Source: Candidatus Kaiserbacteria bacterium (GTDB taxonomy: Bacteria; Patescibacteriota; Minisyncoccia; Phycocordibacterales; Phycocordibacteraceae). Taken from it: a stretch of DNA of 64,000 bases. The notes beneath the pieces are model-generated. The model saw only the letters and a program-made list of their open reading frames with translations, searched no databases and had not been told where the DNA came from. The stretch spans positions 142,720 to 206,719 of the forward strand of contig JAHFMN010000002.1 in assembly GCA_023264445.1 (NCBI GenBank), in the 5' to 3' direction. The position numbers and the translations under genes were made by a program. Of the stretch, positions 29,137-42,237 are shown piece by piece. How positions within the stretch are numbered: position 1 is the stretch's first letter; each line of letters opens with the position of its first letter.

Positions 29137-30198
29137 ATGGCCGTCGACCAACATCTGCAGGGGCTTCTCGACCTCGTCGTTTCTCAAGGCGCGTCTGATC
29201 TCCACATCTTCGCCGGCGGCCCGCCGATGCTGCGCGTGTCGGGAGCGCTGATTCCCGTCGCCAAATATGATGCGCTCACCAACGAGCAGACGGAAGCGAT
29301 GTTGAAGAGTATGGTCCCGTCGGAGCGTTGGCAATCGTTCGAGCAGAACCAGACCATCGATCTCTCCTATGCGCACAAGGAGGATGCGCGCTTCCGCGTC
29401 AACGGCTACCGCGTGCAGGGTTCGGTCGCGCTCGCGCTGCGTCTTGTGCCACACGCCATCCGCACCTTCAGCGAGCTTAATCTCCCCTCCATACTCGAAG
29501 TGTTCACCCAGCGCGAGCAAGGATTCTTCCTCGTTGTCGGGCCGGTGGGGCAGGGCAAGTCGACGACACTCGCGACGATGATAGACCGCATCAATGATTC
29601 GCGAGCAAACCACATCCTCACCATCGAAGACCCGGTGGAATACCTATTTACTCCGAAAAAATCGCTCGTCCATCAGCGCGAAATATATATCGACGCTCCT
29701 GATTTCCATTCTGCGCTTCAAAGTGCGTTTCGCGAAGACGTCGACGTGATCATGGTGGGGGAGATGCGAGATTACGAGACTATTTCTTCGGCAGTAACCG
29801 CCGCCGAGACCGGCCATCTCGTCTTCTCCACGCTCCATACCAACAACGCCGCCCAGACCATCGACCGCATCATTGATATGTTCCCCGCCGAACAGCAGGC
29901 CCAAGTACGCGTGCAGCTCGCGGGAAGCCTTGCGGGCATCTTCTCCCAACGACTCATCCCGAGGGTCTCGGGCGGGCTCATTCCGGCGTACGAACTGCTC
30001 ATCAATAACAACGCTGTGAGCACACTTATTCGCGATGCACGCACCCACGAGATCGGCTCCATAATCCAGACCTCCTCGGAGGAGGGCATGATCGACATGG
30101 ATCGCGCGCTTGCCGAGCTCGTGCACAAAGGCGAGGTGACCGTCGAGCATGCATACGAGCATGCGATGGACGCGAAGACATTTGAACGCTATCTCTAA
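29137..30198 (+). CDS. pilT: type IV pilus retraction ATPase PilT
   Basis: ASDLH, GPVGQGKSTT, TIEDPVE, AAETGHLVFSTLHT. Confidence 0.93.
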   Translation: MAVDQHLQGLLDLVVSQGASDLHIFAGGPPMLRVSGALIPVAKYDALTNEQTEAMLKSMVPSERWQSFEQNQTIDLSYAHKEDARFRVNGYRVQGSVALALRLVPHAIRTFSELNLPSILEVFTQREQGFFLVVGPVGQGKSTTLATMIDRINDSRANHILTIEDPVEYLFTPKKSLVHQREIYIDAPDFHSALQSAFREDVDVIMVGEMRDYETISSAVTAAETGHLVFSTLHTNNAAQTIDRIIDMFPAEQQAQVRVQLAGSLAGIFSQRLIPRVSGGLIPAYELLINNNAVSTLIRDARTHEIGSIIQTSSEEGMIDMDRALAELVHKGEVTVEHAYEHAMDAKTFERYL

Positions 30199-30202
30199 CA
30201 CC

Positions 30203-31408
30203 ATGCTTTTCACCTACCGCGCAATTGACCAAGACGGGCACGAACGAGAGGGGAGCATTGAAGCCACCTCGAAAGATGTTGCCGTGTCCGCACTCCAGCG
30301 GCGCAACCTCATTATCTCAGCCATTAATTCTGCCGAGAAGCACTCGATGCTTGATTTCTCGATCCCCTTTTTCAGTCGTATTTCAAACAAAGACGTCGTC
30401 ATCCTCTCGCGCCAGGTGGCGACTCTCTTTGAGGCACAGGTGCCGCCGCTGCGCGTCTTCCGGCTTCTTGCAGCAGAAGTGGAGAACAAGAATCTCGCGA
30501 AAGTGCTCTCAGCGGTCGGCGACGATATCCAGGGTGGCAGTCCCATCAGCAAAGCGCTCGCTCACCACCCGACCGTCTTCTCCATGTTCTACGTGAATAT
30601 GGTGCGCGCGGGCGAAGAATCGGGGAAATTGTCAGAAACATTCCTGTATCTCGCCGATTATCTGGACCGCGTCTACGACATCGTCAGCAAGGCCGAGAAC
30701 GCGCTCATCTACCCGATTTTCGTTATCGTCGTCTTCTTTGCCGTGATGGGGCTTATGCTCACCCTTGTCATTCCGAAGATAAGCGCCGTCCTTATTGATT
30801 CCGGCCAGGCGGTACCGATCTATACCTCTGTTGTCATCGGTCTTTCCAATTTCGTCGTCCATTACGGCATCTTCATACTTATCGGGCTTTTTGCTCTCGG
30901 TATCTATGTGTGGCAGCTCGGGAAGACCGAACGCGGGAAGTACGTGATGGACAGTTTGAAGCTCTCGGTGCCGTACGTAGGCGACCTCTACGAAAAGCTG
31001 TACCTCGCCCGCATTTCCGACAACTTCTCCACGATGCTGCTCTCCGGCATATCGGTCGTCGAAGCTATTGAAATCACTGGCTCGGTTGTGGGGAATTCCG
31101 TCTTCGCATCGGTGCTCAGCGAGGTCGGTGCAGATGTGAAGGGCGGCGCCTCCATTTCAGACTCTCTCAGCAAACATCCGGAGATACCGGGCATCATGGT
31201 CGCGATGACAAAGGTCGGAGAAGAGAGCGGCGAGCTCGGCAAGATTCTCACCACGCTCGCTAAATTCTATAGTCGCGAGGTGACGAATGCCGTGGATACC
31301 CTCGTCGGCCTCATCGAGCCGATTATGATAGTCCTCCTCGGTCTTGGCGTCGGTACCTTACTTGCTGCTGTTCTTCTTCCAATTTATAACCTCGCAGGGT
31401 CCATCTAG
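30203..31408 (+). CDS. pilC: type IV pilus platform protein PilC/GspF
   Basis: AGEESGKL, ALIYP, VGEESGEL, LIEPIMIV. Confidence 0.92.
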   Translation: MLFTYRAIDQDGHEREGSIEATSKDVAVSALQRRNLIISAINSAEKHSMLDFSIPFFSRISNKDVVILSRQVATLFEAQVPPLRVFRLLAAEVENKNLAKVLSAVGDDIQGGSPISKALAHHPTVFSMFYVNMVRAGEESGKLSETFLYLADYLDRVYDIVSKAENALIYPIFVIVVFFAVMGLMLTLVIPKISAVLIDSGQAVPIYTSVVIGLSNFVVHYGIFILIGLFALGIYVWQLGKTERGKYVMDSLKLSVPYVGDLYEKLYLARISDNFSTMLLSGISVVEAIEITGSVVGNSVFASVLSEVGADVKGGASISDSLSKHPEIPGIMVAMTKVGEESGELGKILTTLAKFYSREVTNAVDTLVGLIEPIMIVLLGLGVGTLLAAVLLPIYNLAGSI

Positions 31409-31492
31409 CCCTCCTTTCCCGATATCCACACCCCTGTTCCCTTGGCAGGGCGCATGCCGTACAATTGGCTCATTAACCGCACAATAATTATT

Positions 31493-31936
31493 ATGCAAAA
31501 AAATCGTTCCCAGGGCTTCACGCTTATCGAATTACTCGTCGTTATCGCCATCATCGGCGTCCTTTCTGCGGTCGTCCTCGCATCTTTGAACACGGCACGT
31601 TCTAAGGGCAATGATGCAGCCATCCAGTCCGACCTCTCGACCATCCAAACACAGGCGGAAATCTACTACGGCGCTGCAGGCGGCAATTCCTACGGCACCG
31701 CCGGAACGGCCTGCAACAATGCGGTCTTCAGCGACTCAACGATTACCAAAGCGATTACTGGCGCAGAGGCTGCAAACGGCACTGGCACGGTGGTATGCAA
31801 CAACACGACTTCCGCATACGCCATCTCCTCACAACTCTCGTCTGACGCGGCGAAATACTGGTGCGTCGACTCGACTGGCTTCGCAGGACAAAGAGTTACG
31901 GCGCTTGGCACCGATACGGTTTGCCCGGCAAGCTAA
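31493..31936 (+). CDS. major type IV pilin
   Basis: QG|FTLIELLVVIAIIGVL; C-terminal WCVDSTG; followed by a hairpin. Confidence 0.9.
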   Translation: MQKNRSQGFTLIELLVVIAIIGVLSAVVLASLNTARSKGNDAAIQSDLSTIQTQAEIYYGAAGGNSYGTAGTACNNAVFSDSTITKAITGAEAANGTGTVVCNNTTSAYAISSQLSSDAAKYWCVDSTGFAGQRVTALGTDTVCPAS

Positions 31937-31957
31937 TCTCCTGAAGCATTTTCTCCG

Positions 31958-31985
31958 ACACGGTCCCGCGGAAGCGGGACCGTGT
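31958..31985 (+). terminator. hairpin after major pilin
   Basis: ACACGGTCCCGC-GGAA-GCGGGACCGTGT. Confidence 0.6.
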
Positions 31986-32040
31986 TACGTTATATCCTGA
32001 ATGGAGACCCCGTTCTAGTACGGGGTATACTGAATCCTCA

Positions 32041-32808
32041 ATGGAAGTACTGCTCATCGGAGCGTTTTTTGCACTCGGCACCGTCCTTGCAAGTTTTGTC
32101 GGTGTGCTTACCGTCAGGCTCCACACCGGCCAGAGTTTTCTTACTGGCCGGTCTCGCTGTGATGCATGTAATGCTCAGCTTTCATCCGGCACCCTCGTGC
32201 CGATTATTTCCTATCTTGTGCAGGAAGGACGGGCCCGCTGCTGTGGCGCTCGCCTCTCGTTCTACGCACCGCTTGTGGAGGGAATCCTCGGCGTGATTTT
32301 CGCCATGAGCTATGCGCGGATAGGCCTCACGCTTGCATTACCGTGTATGCTGCTTGCACTTACGCTCCTGCTTGCACTCGTACTCTACGACCTCGCCCAC
32401 CAGATATTGCCGCCGCTCCTTCTTGCAGCCTTCGTTGCAGTAAGCGCAGGAGCCGGCTTCCTTCTCTCTTCCTCGCTTGCTGCGTTTTATACGAGCTGCA
32501 TCATGGCACTCATTCTCTCCTCCAGTCTCGCGCTCATACATTTCTTTTCAAACGGTCGCGCTATGGGATTTTCGGATGCACCGCTTACGCTCGGTCTCTC
32601 GCTTCTGGTCGGTTCGCCGTTTGCGCTCGCAGGATTCCTTTTTTCATTCTGGATCGGCGGTGCCATTGGGATAGTACTGTTGTTTACGAGGCCAGTCGGC
32701 TCTAGAATGGGGATTGAGGTGCCGTTCGCTCCCTTTCTGGCTGCGGGCTTTCTCCTCGCGTACTTTACCCAATGGAACCCCCTCGCTTTCGTCGTGGCTT
32801 CACTCTAG
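32041..32808 (+). CDS. pilD: prepilin peptidase
   Basis: RSRCDAC, YDL...ILP, MGFSD, VPFAPFL. Confidence 0.9.
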   Translation: MEVLLIGAFFALGTVLASFVGVLTVRLHTGQSFLTGRSRCDACNAQLSSGTLVPIISYLVQEGRARCCGARLSFYAPLVEGILGVIFAMSYARIGLTLALPCMLLALTLLLALVLYDLAHQILPPLLLAAFVAVSAGAGFLLSSSLAAFYTSCIMALILSSSLALIHFFSNGRAMGFSDAPLTLGLSLLVGSPFALAGFLFSFWIGGAIGIVLLFTRPVGSRMGIEVPFAPFLAAGFLLAYFTQWNPLAFVVASL

Positions 32809-33437
32809 TCGAGCTTATGATGGTGCTCGGCATCATCTCTATCATTTCGATCGTCGTCATCATAAATCAGAACTCGTTTAACAAAACGATTATTCTTGCA
32901 AATACTGCGTACGATGTCGCGCTCTCACTCCGTTCTGCCCAGACGTACGGCCTCACGAGTCGCGTTGCCGGTACTTCAGTGAATACGGGATACGGCCTTA
33001 ATTTTCAGAAAGCGCGCCAGAATTCGTTTACTTTTTTTGCCGATACGTATCCTGCTCCTTCGACGCTCTCTGTGTGTCACTTTACAAACGACCCGTCGGG
33101 ACCGGACGCGCGTCCGGGGAACTGCACCTATGAATCGGCCCAGGGCGAAAAAGTAGTCGACTACGCGCTTGGGAATGGCATCACCATCAGCGATTTCTGT
33201 GCAAATCCCGGTGGTAGCTGGTCGTGCGCATACGCAAACGGCGGAGGGCTATCATCGCTCGATATCGTGTTTGCTCGTCCGAACCCGGACCCATTCATAA
33301 GTGTGAACGGAACCTATTCAGACGTATCCCCAGCAACGGGAGCTTGCATCGCGGTCACCTCTCCGCAAGGGGGTGCGCACTTTGTCTCGATTGCGGCGTC
33401 AGGGCAGATAAGTGCGAATGCCACCTCTTGTCCATGA
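32772..33437 (+). CDS. minor pilin (FimT/GspH-like)
   Basis: RG|FTLVELMMV. Confidence 0.85.
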   Translation: MEPPRFRRGFTLVELMMVLGIISIISIVVIINQNSFNKTIILANTAYDVALSLRSAQTYGLTSRVAGTSVNTGYGLNFQKARQNSFTFFADTYPAPSTLSVCHFTNDPSGPDARPGNCTYESAQGEKVVDYALGNGITISDFCANPGGSWSCAYANGGGLSSLDIVFARPNPDPFISVNGTYSDVSPATGACIAVTSPQGGAHFVSIAASGQISANATSCP

Positions 33438-33934
33438 ACAGGAACCGCGGGTACACCCTGGTCGAACTCATCGTAGCCGTCGGGCTCTTCGCGTTCATCA
33501 TGGTCCTTGCTTCCGGCGCATACCTTATGATGATCGACCTGAACCGGCGGACGCAAGGCACGACGACCGGCATCAATAACCTTTCTTTCGCACTTGAGAC
33601 CATGACGCGAACTATCCGCACCGGCACGAATTATTCCTGCAACAACAGTGGGGACTGCACGAACGGTGGCTCGCTTTTCTCTGTTACGGATCCAAATAAT
33701 ACTACGATGAGCTACACGGCCGTTAACGGCGTCATCACGCAAAATGGCGTCGCGCTTACAGACCCTACGGTGCAGGTGTCTTCTCTCGTTTTCTACGCTT
33801 CCGGCACGACGGCGGGAGATGGCGCCCAGCCCCACGTCCTCATCGTCGTGAATGGCACAGTGACGTATGCGGCAGGGAAGACTGAGACCTTCGCGATTGA
33901 GACTGGAGCGACAATGCGCGGCAGTGACCTATGA
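33434..33934 (+). CDS. minor pilin (PilW/GspJ-like)
   Basis: RG|YTLVELIVAV. Confidence 0.85.
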   Translation: MNRNRGYTLVELIVAVGLFAFIMVLASGAYLMMIDLNRRTQGTTTGINNLSFALETMTRTIRTGTNYSCNNSGDCTNGGSLFSVTDPNNTTMSYTAVNGVITQNGVALTDPTVQVSSLVFYASGTTAGDGAQPHVLIVVNGTVTYAAGKTETFAIETGATMRGSDL

Positions 33935-34526
33935 ATATGAGATCCTTCACTACCAAGCGCAGTACCGGATTTACTCTTGTTGAGACACTTGTCGCAGTTG
34001 CCATCATAACGCTAGCGGTCTCAGGACCTCTGTTTATGGCGAGCCGTGCTGTCGTCGCTACACAGATCGCACGCGATCAACTCACCGCCTCCTATCTCGC
34101 GCAGGAAGGTATTGAATACGTACGTGCCATGCGCGATGCAGAATTTCTTGCCGCCTTTCAGGCAGGCGCCGCAGGAATATCGACCACTGCATGGAACAAT
34201 TTCCTTAGCAATCCGGTAAGCAGCGATTCCGCGACGATTTCCGGCTGCAAGGCATCAACGTGCACCCTTGATCCTTCGCCGGACGTGCAGATGGGGACAG
34301 GCGTTGGTTTGTCGCTTCAGCCCTGCACCACTACTTGTACGCCGCTCTACTTGGTAAACGGCTTCTACACGCAGCAGAGCGATGTGAATGGAGCGGTAGC
34401 GACGCCGTTTACACGCACGGTCCAAGCATTTGATGCGGCTGCAAACGATGAGCGCATCGTCTCAAAAGTAACGTGGAATTTCCACGGTACGCCGTACACG
34501 GTGACGGTCACCGACCACCTTTCACC

Positions 34527-34536
<10 letters not shown>
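33931..34536 (+). CDS. minor pilin (PilV-like)
   Basis: TG|FTLVETLVAV; ASYLAQEGIE. Confidence 0.85.
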
Positions 34537-38299
<3,763 letters not shown>

Positions 38300-38312
38300 T
38301 ACAGTGCGCATA

Positions 38313-38603
38313 ATGGCAACGATAGAGGAGGTGAAGAAGCTCGCCGCGCTTGCGCGCATCAAGATAGCGGATGAGGAGCTTGAAGCGTTTACACGTGAAT
38401 TCGACGCTATTCTCGCCTATGTGGGGCAGCTCGAGAAGTTTGATCTGCCGGCAGGAAATGCGGAGATGCCTCCATTGCGCAATGTGATGCGCGAGGATGG
38501 CGAGCCGCAAACCCCGCGCTCGTTTACGGAAAAGATTGCCGCGCAATTTCCTGCACGCGAAGGAGATGCACTCTCCGTGAAGCAGATCATCTCGCATGAC
38601 TAA
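38313..38603 (+). CDS. gatC: Asp/Glu-tRNA amidotransferase subunit C
   Basis: EEVKKLAALARI...NVMRED; upstream of gatA. Confidence 0.88.
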   Translation: MATIEEVKKLAALARIKIADEELEAFTREFDAILAYVGQLEKFDLPAGNAEMPPLRNVMREDGEPQTPRSFTEKIAAQFPAREGDALSVKQIISHD

Positions 38604-40020
38604 GCGACCGAACGAACTCACGATAGAGGAAGTGGCCCGCGCCCTGCGGGCGCGGGAATTCTCCGTGCGCGAACTCTGGGATGCTTGCGCGGAAGCCGCG
38701 CAGGAGAAGAATCCTGAATTGAATGCCTATCTCGAGCTATTCGAAGCGGATGACGCCGCGATAGCTGCTGCGCAAAAGCGCATTGACGAGAACGACTCGT
38801 CGCTTTTGTGCGGGATTCCGCTCGCGATCAAGGACAACATTCTCATAGAAGGGAAGATCGCAAGCGCAGCATCGCAGATGCTTTCGAATTACCGCGCGAC
38901 CTATGATGCGACGGTCATACAGAAGTTGAAAGCTGCAGGAGCGCTCTTCCTTGGCCGTACCAACATGGATGAGTTCGCGCTCGGCGGCTCCACCGAAAAT
39001 TCTGCCTTCGGGCCCACAAGGAATCCTCACGATACCTCGCGAGTCTCTGGCGGTACTTCCGGCGGCTCCGCTGCTGCCGTTGCCGCGCATCTGTGCATCG
39101 CCGCGCTTGGGACTGATACGGGAGGGTCTGTGCGCAACCCAGCAAGCTTCTGCGGCGTCGTCGGGCTGAAGCCGACCTACGGCGGGGTTTCGCGCTCGGG
39201 CATCATTGCGGCCGCTTCGTCGTTTGATCAGGTCGGGCCGCTTGCGAAGACATCAGAAGATGCGCGTATATTGTATGACGCCATACACGGCCATGACCCG
39301 ATGGATGCGACAAGCATTCCGGACGGATTGTATGCGCCGCGCGCAGTGGGTGAGAAGCTGCGCATCGGCGTCCTAAAAACGCTCGTTTCGAAAGAAGGCG
39401 TGGATGAGGATGTGCGGGCGCTTTTCTCTGCGACGCTTGAAAAACTTACTACTCTCGGTCACACACTCGTTGATATCGAGATTCCCGAGGTGGATCCGGC
39501 CCTTGCTGCCTATTACATCATCAACTTTGCCGAGGTCTCGACCAATCTTGCTCGTTTCGATGGTATCCGCTATGGGCGCGCGGTACGCGGCGATACCTTG
39601 CTCGATGACTACGTCCGCTCGCGCTCGGAAGGATTCGGTCCCGAGACGCGCCGCCGCATCCTGCTTGGCACCTACGTGCTTTCTTCCGGCTATATTGATG
39701 CGTATTATCGCAAGGCAGATACCGCTCGCGGCGTGCTTCGTCAGGCGTTTGAGAAAGCATTTGATACGTGCGATGTTATCGCCACCCCGACGATGCCAAC
39801 ACCAGCATTCAAGATGGGGGAGAAGAGCGACCCGCTTGCTATGTATCTGGAAGACATATTCACCGTGACGGCTAATCTCACTGGCATGCCGGCGATATCG
39901 GTCTCGATGGGAAGTGTCGAGAGGGAAGGGAGCAAACTTCCGGTGGGCATGCATTTCACCGCTCCGCACCAAGCGGAAAACGTACTCTGTGCTCTCGGTG
40001 CCGCAGTGGAGAAGGCCTGA
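38596..40020 (+). CDS. gatA: Asp/Glu-tRNA amidotransferase subunit A
   Basis: IKDN, TNMDEFA.G, GGTSGGSAA, GTDTGGSVR, RRILLGTYVLS. Confidence 0.95.
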   Translation: MTKRPNELTIEEVARALRAREFSVRELWDACAEAAQEKNPELNAYLELFEADDAAIAAAQKRIDENDSSLLCGIPLAIKDNILIEGKIASAASQMLSNYRATYDATVIQKLKAAGALFLGRTNMDEFALGGSTENSAFGPTRNPHDTSRVSGGTSGGSAAAVAAHLCIAALGTDTGGSVRNPASFCGVVGLKPTYGGVSRSGIIAAASSFDQVGPLAKTSEDARILYDAIHGHDPMDATSIPDGLYAPRAVGEKLRIGVLKTLVSKEGVDEDVRALFSATLEKLTTLGHTLVDIEIPEVDPALAAYYIINFAEVSTNLARFDGIRYGRAVRGDTLLDDYVRSRSEGFGPETRRRILLGTYVLSSGYIDAYYRKADTARGVLRQAFEKAFDTCDVIATPTMPTPAFKMGEKSDPLAMYLEDIFTVTANLTGMPAISVSMGSVEREGSKLPVGMHFTAPHQAENVLCALGAAVEKA

Positions 40021-40038
40021 AGGCCGGACGCACACCGC

Positions 40039-40084
40039 GTATACCCCGTAGTAGAGCACCTGTGTGCTTCACTACAGGGTATAC
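40039..40084. repeat. 34-bp hairpin element flanked by GTATAC duplication
   Basis: GTATAC-CCCGTAGTAGAGCAC..GTGCTTCACTACAGG-GTATAC. Confidence 0.55.
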
Positions 40085-40093
40085 TGAACGTAT

Positions 40094-40684
40094 ATGCTGC
40101 AGCCGGGCAATCAGGCCAACGTCGAGTACTTCTTTCGCCTCCTCTACAATTGTTTCCATGGCGCGTGCTATGGCGGCACGTCGATCGGACTCCAGGAGTT
40201 CTCCGCGTGGCTCGCACATCTGTGGCTCTGGATTATCATCGTCGGGTACGCGCTTTCGGTCGCAGCGCTCTTCGGTGTCGTGTATACCACTGTGCGCCTC
40301 TTTGAGTTACGCAAGCGAGAAGAGGAGTTCTATAGCACTCTACTGATCACGCCGGAAGCTGCTGGCGGTATGCATCCGCGCTGGGAGCACATTCAGTCGC
40401 TTGTCGAGGGCTCGACTCAAAGTCAATGGCGCGAAGCGATTATCGAGGCCGATATCATGCTCGATGAAGTGCTTGGCAAGCGCGGGTACGCGGGCGATGG
40501 CGTCGGCGAGAAGCTCAAGAGCGCAGAGGAAGCAGAATTTGCCACGCTTCAAAACGCTTGGGATGCGCATAAAGTCCGCAATCAGATAGCACATCAAGGT
40601 TCTTCATTTGATCTTTCTGAAACGGTGGCGCGCCGCACCATCCAGCACTACGAGGCCGTCTTCCGTGAATTTAAAGTGATTTAG
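40094..40684 (+). CDS. hypothetical membrane-anchored protein
   Basis: TM, then AIIEAD..LD..L...G and AW.AHKVRN.IAH (HEPN-like RN.xxH). Confidence 0.7.
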   Translation: MLQPGNQANVEYFFRLLYNCFHGACYGGTSIGLQEFSAWLAHLWLWIIIVGYALSVAALFGVVYTTVRLFELRKREEEFYSTLLITPEAAGGMHPRWEHIQSLVEGSTQSQWREAIIEADIMLDEVLGKRGYAGDGVGEKLKSAEEAEFATLQNAWDAHKVRNQIAHQGSSFDLSETVARRTIQHYEAVFREFKVI

Positions 40685-41045
40685 GTTTCGGTTCCTTTGA
40701 GAAAGTTCTTTTGCGATGACAATTGGCACAAACGAGCTCGCATTTCTGTATTTCCTGTTCTATAGCTTCGATACTTAGAACAGTGTGGGACCAACTCCCG
40801 ATATTAAATTTTTTGACCCCTTGACCGTCAACATGATCGAAATCCAGTACATAAGGAAATTCCCTTCCTAAAAAACCGCAATCAACACATGAGCGTGCTC
40901 TTTTGTATTGTTCAATAAATTCAGTCACCCGGTTCTTATTTCTGCGCACGTATGAGATGTGCCGCTCTTTATTTTTCGGATACCAGACTTCCTTCATATA
41001 CTTTGCGTGGTACTCTTTTCTTCGCACGGGATCTTTATGGGCCAT
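40671..41045 (-). CDS. free-standing HNH endonuclease with Zn-binding CxxC pairs
   Basis: CVDCG..VLDFDHV..KCELVCANCHRKRT; basic N-terminus; AT-rich. Confidence 0.85.
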   Translation of the reverse strand: MAHKDPVRRKEYHAKYMKEVWYPKNKERHISYVRRNKNRVTEFIEQYKRARSCVDCGFLGREFPYVLDFDHVDGQGVKKFNIGSWSHTVLSIEAIEQEIQKCELVCANCHRKRTFSKEPKPKSL

Positions 41046-41184
41046 ACTCGAAGTTTAGCATCACTACCGAAATGGTAGGTTATGAATCCACAGACATTAG
41101 CAAGAGCTCCTACTCCCTAATCCTGTTGTATTCCAATTCTGTGAGTGGTACTCTGAGGAGGACGCTTCATCGGAAGCGTGATAT

Positions 41185-41504
41185 AGCGGGGTAGAGGAGA
41201 GGTACCTCGGGAGGCTCATGTGGAAACGTGACCCTATCCGGTAACGGATAGCGGAAAAACTCTCTAAATTGCTGGAATACCGTTAGAGCTTCTCGTGCTA
41301 CAGCGTGATCCGAAAGGATGAGCGCGAACGCCTGAAAAACAAGAAGATTCGGCAATCAGCAGCCAAGTCTTCCGCCTTCGGCGGAAGAAAGGTTCAGAGA
41401 CTATAATGGGAGAATCCTTATGGGATTATGGTATAGTCCATTCCTGTTGGAAACAGCAGGTGTAAAAGAACCTCCAGACGCCGGTTCGATTCCGGCCCCC
41501 GCAA
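41185..41504 (+). tRNA. intron-containing tRNA-Met(CAT), probably initiator-type; exons 41185-41219 and 41469-41504
   Basis: Joined exons give AGCGGGG/CCCCGCA acceptor (1:72 mismatch), GAGG/CCTC D-stem, GGAGG-CTCAT^AA-CCTCC, GCCGG-TTCGATT-CCGGC. Confidence 0.9.
41220..41468 (+). ncRNA. group I self-splicing intron (249 nt, no internal ORF)
   Basis: P1 with U.G at the splice site; P AAATTGCTGGAA, Q AATCAGCAGCC, R GTTCAGAGACTATA, S ATGGTATAGTCC; P9 GAAA hairpin; terminal G. Confidence 0.92.
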
Positions 41505-41573
41505 CACGGTTGTGACGCCAGGAACCAGTACCGTCCCCCATTGGGACCAGTACAGTACCGACAGGCATCACGT

Positions 41574-41607
41574 ACGCGAAAGCCGCTCGAAAGAGCGGCT
41601 TTCGCGT
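41574..41607 (+). terminator. hairpin downstream of tRNA
   Basis: ACGCGAAAGCCGCTC-GAAA-GAGCGGCTTTCGCGT. Confidence 0.65.
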
Positions 41608-41647
41608 TACTTGGAAAAGAGCGTTGAAATTTGGTAGTATAAAGACA

Positions 41648-41980
41648 ATGGATGAATCTAATGAGGTCAAATTCAATCAAGAGCAGAAGCCTCCAAGAAA
41701 GAGCAATTCCTTCCTCTATTTAGCAATTATTTTGTTTGCGGCCGAGGCTGTTCTTGGTGTACTAGGTTTTGGTGGAGGCCCTCTTTTGATGTTTGGAGCT
41801 CTTATCGCCTTTACACTTTGGGCAACCAAACCTAAATCAAAAACACGTCGAGTTATAGTTTCGATTCTCACACTTCTGGTAGTTGTACTATTTATCAGTA
41901 TTTTCTCATCATTGCCAGTGGCACGTGAAAATGCGGAGGCAACGCAAGCAGCGAATTCGGCCCAACTTCCCGTTCAATAA
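41648..41980 (+). CDS. hypothetical membrane protein
   Basis: 3 hydrophobic segments. Confidence 0.6.
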   Translation: MDESNEVKFNQEQKPPRKSNSFLYLAIILFAAEAVLGVLGFGGGPLLMFGALIAFTLWATKPKSKTRRVIVSILTLLVVVLFISIFSSLPVARENAEATQAANSAQLPVQ

Positions 41981-41989
41981 AAATTTTCC

Positions 41990-42202
41990 GTGACAAATAA
42001 TTACTTAGAGATGATGCAGAAATTATGTCAGTGCAAGCATACCCGGATGATGCATTTCCATGGGTTCGCGCTCATTCCTGACGGGCAGGATCCATCGGCT
42101 ACCAAAAAGGATGCCGAGTGCCGTGCAGACAACTGCAATTGCCAGATTTACGATGCTATTGAGAAGGATGAGGATGGTACTGTATTGACCGACCTCGCCT
42201 AA
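41990..42202 (+). CDS. small Cys/His-rich putative zinc-binding protein
   Basis: CQCKH..H..C..NCNC pattern; hairpin follows the stop. Confidence 0.5.
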   Translation: MTNNYLEMMQKLCQCKHTRMMHFHGFALIPDGQDPSATKKDAECRADNCNCQIYDAIEKDEDGTVLTDLA

Positions 42203-42237
42203 GTAAAAGCCGGCCAAAAGGACGGCTTTTACGTGGG

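Noticed and set aside
38313-40020. gatCA without gatB
   Set aside because: Split gat operons are common; gatB is probably outside the window.
41167-41680. Minus-strand ORFs over the intron as an intron-encoded endonuclease; tmRNA interpretation of the locus
   Set aside because: The ORFs have no nuclease motifs. The exons form a CAT tRNA with a full D-arm and anticodon arm, and the insert has group I core motifs.
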